From a virus, in IMG/VR virus record IMGVR_UViG_3300032144_000025, positions 1-43,398 of that record: DNA of 43,398 nt. One strand, written 5' to 3'. The notes beneath the pieces were generated by a model, which was given only the letters and a program-made list of their open reading frames with translations, made no database searches and was not told the DNA's origin. The translations under genes were made by a program, and so were the position numbers. Every line of letters starts with the position of its first letter. The first letter of the stretch is position 1. Shown here piece by piece: positions 42,339-43,398 of this stretch.

Positions 42339-43398
42339 GCTTCTCGCCCGGTGACATGGCGCCGCAGCTGGTCACCATCCAGTGGCAGTACCTCGACGAG
42401 AACCACACGGACGAGACGCGCCACATACTGACGCGCTCGGCCGGCGCCCTGGCTCAGGTGCGGCGGCTTTTGGTCGACCCGGAGACGGTCCTGGTACTCC
42501 ACAACGGCGCATATGACGCTGTGGTATGGTGCCGCGAAGGCTTGACCGAGGAGGTCTTCCGTGCGTACGAAGAGGGCCGAATCCTCTGCACGATGGCTTT
42601 CGAGCGTTTGGGCGAAATCGCGGGCTACTCGACACGAAAGAAGCTCGACCTGGCCACGTGTTGCAAGGCACACGGCGTACCCCCGCCGCCGCTGAAGGAT
42701 GACGGCCTGGCGACCGGCTTCGGTCAGTTCTTCGCCGCGCAAGAAATACCCGAGCCACATCGCGCTTACGCGCTGGACGATTGCGTCGTCGGCAAGCTGT
42801 TCCAGCGCCAGTACCGGCGGTTTCAGGACGTGAAGCTGACGTCACTGCAACGCTTCAGCCGCACGCTGTTCTGGCTGCAGCTGACCTCGGTGTGGGGCCT
42901 GCGGACGAATGCCGACCTGGTCGCGGCGTTCAAGGCCGACGTGGCCGCGCAGCTGGCCGCGCTCCGCCCCGCCGCGCAGGAACTAGGCTACCTGCGCGCC
43001 AACGGGACGCGGAACATGACGGCCATCCGCGAGGCCGTCGAGCTGGCGTACGGCGCGGCCACACCGCGCACGCCGACCGGCAAGGCCCAGACGAGCGGGC
43101 TAGTGCTGGCGGAGTCGGGCGACCCCGGCCTGGAGGCCTTCGCGAAGTACGGCGAGCTGGCCAAAGCCGAGTCCGCCGACGTGCCGATGTTAGAGCGCGG
43201 CTGGTTGCACCCGCGCTACGGCTTCGCTGACACCGGCCGCACGACGTGCTCGAAGCCGAACGTACAGAACTTCCCTGGCGGCGGGCTGGTGCGGCAGTGC
43301 ATCCAGCCGGCTGATGGTTACTGCTTTCTGGAGCGGGACTACTCCGGCGTGGAGCTTTGCACGTTCGCCGCCGTCGCCGGGCGGTCCGTGGGCGACTG
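42335..43398 (+). CDS. Family A DNA polymerase, N-terminal part (3'-5' exonuclease-like domain plus start of the polymerase domain). It continues at nt 128 (equivalent to 43399).
   Basis: Not in the ORF track because it has no stop before the window end. My own translation from GTG 42335 (GTGA overlap; ATG 42356 is an alternative start) shows Exo II-like [12 protein letters not shown], Exo III-like [19 protein letters not shown], and motif A at the overlap. Confidence 0.85.
   Translation, partial: MSFSPGDMAPQLVTIQWQYLDENHTDETRHILTRSAGALAQVRRLLVDPETVLVLHNGAYDAVVWCREGLTEEVFRAYEEGRILCTMAFERLGEIAGYSTRKKLDLATCCKAHGVPPPPLKDDGLATGFGQFFAAQEIPEPHRAYALDDCVVGKLFQRQYRRFQDVKLTSLQRFSRTLFWLQLTSVWGLRTNADLVAAFKADVAAQLAALRPAAQELGYLRANGTRNMTAIREAVELAYGAATPRTPTGKAQTSGLVLAESGDPGLEAFAKYGELAKAESADVPMLERGWLHPRYGFADTGRTTCSKPNVQNFPGGGLVRQCIQPADGYCFLERDYSGVELCTFAAVAGRSVGD
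43272..43398. repeat. Terminal overlap, second copy (identical to nt 1-127)
   Basis: See feature 1..127. Confidence 0.95.

Overview
The window is one complete, circularly closed, high-G+C dsDNA tailed-phage genome. Nt 1-127 are identical to nt 43272-43398, so the unit length is 43,271 bp. A family-A DNA polymerase gene reads straight through that junction, so the overlap is an assembly artefact and not a physical terminal repeat. No tRNA, rRNA, CRISPR array, integrase, repressor or phage RNA polymerase was recognisable. The phage therefore looks virulent, podovirus-like and dependent on host RNA polymerase (inference). There are four transcription blocks. (1) Plus strand, 35733 through the junction to 4104: replication, recombination and nucleotide metabolism. 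It holds an Endo VII-type HNH, an AT-hook protein, a Cas4/RecB-like Fe-S exonuclease, an SF2 helicase, an HNH, DNA pol A, a DUF5664-like dNTP pyrophosphohydrolase, an HD hydrolase, a RuvC-like resolvase, a second HNH and a metallophosphoesterase. (2) Minus strand, 5453-4101: large terminase. (3) Plus strand, 5598-9789: portal, scaffold, a tandem GroES-like protein and a TerS-like protein. (4) Minus strand, 35722-9786: AEP primase-helicase, about 15 small early or middle genes, a T7-lysozyme-like amidase, a second Endo VII, and then the virion operon. The virion operon runs from the major capsid protein to a 1617-aa protein that probably enters the host with the DNA. Genes are packed tightly and many junctions are GTGA or ATGA start/stop overlaps. 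The observations most worth follow-up are these. The 1617-aa virion protein has both a kinase-like core and an R-S-ExE ADP-ribosyltransferase core. An SPFH/band-7 gene with a tiny TM partner sits inside the tail module. A promoter design recurs in which the -35 sits at the apex of a GC hairpin, the -10 is TAnnnT-like, and the start codon follows 6-10 nt later, implying leaderless mRNAs. A structured intergenic region carries two exact 27-bp dyad repeats. Four freestanding HNH-type endonuclease genes are present. A dNTP-hydrolase pair lies next to the polymerase. All functional calls rest on motifs read by eye in the supplied translations. No database search was run.
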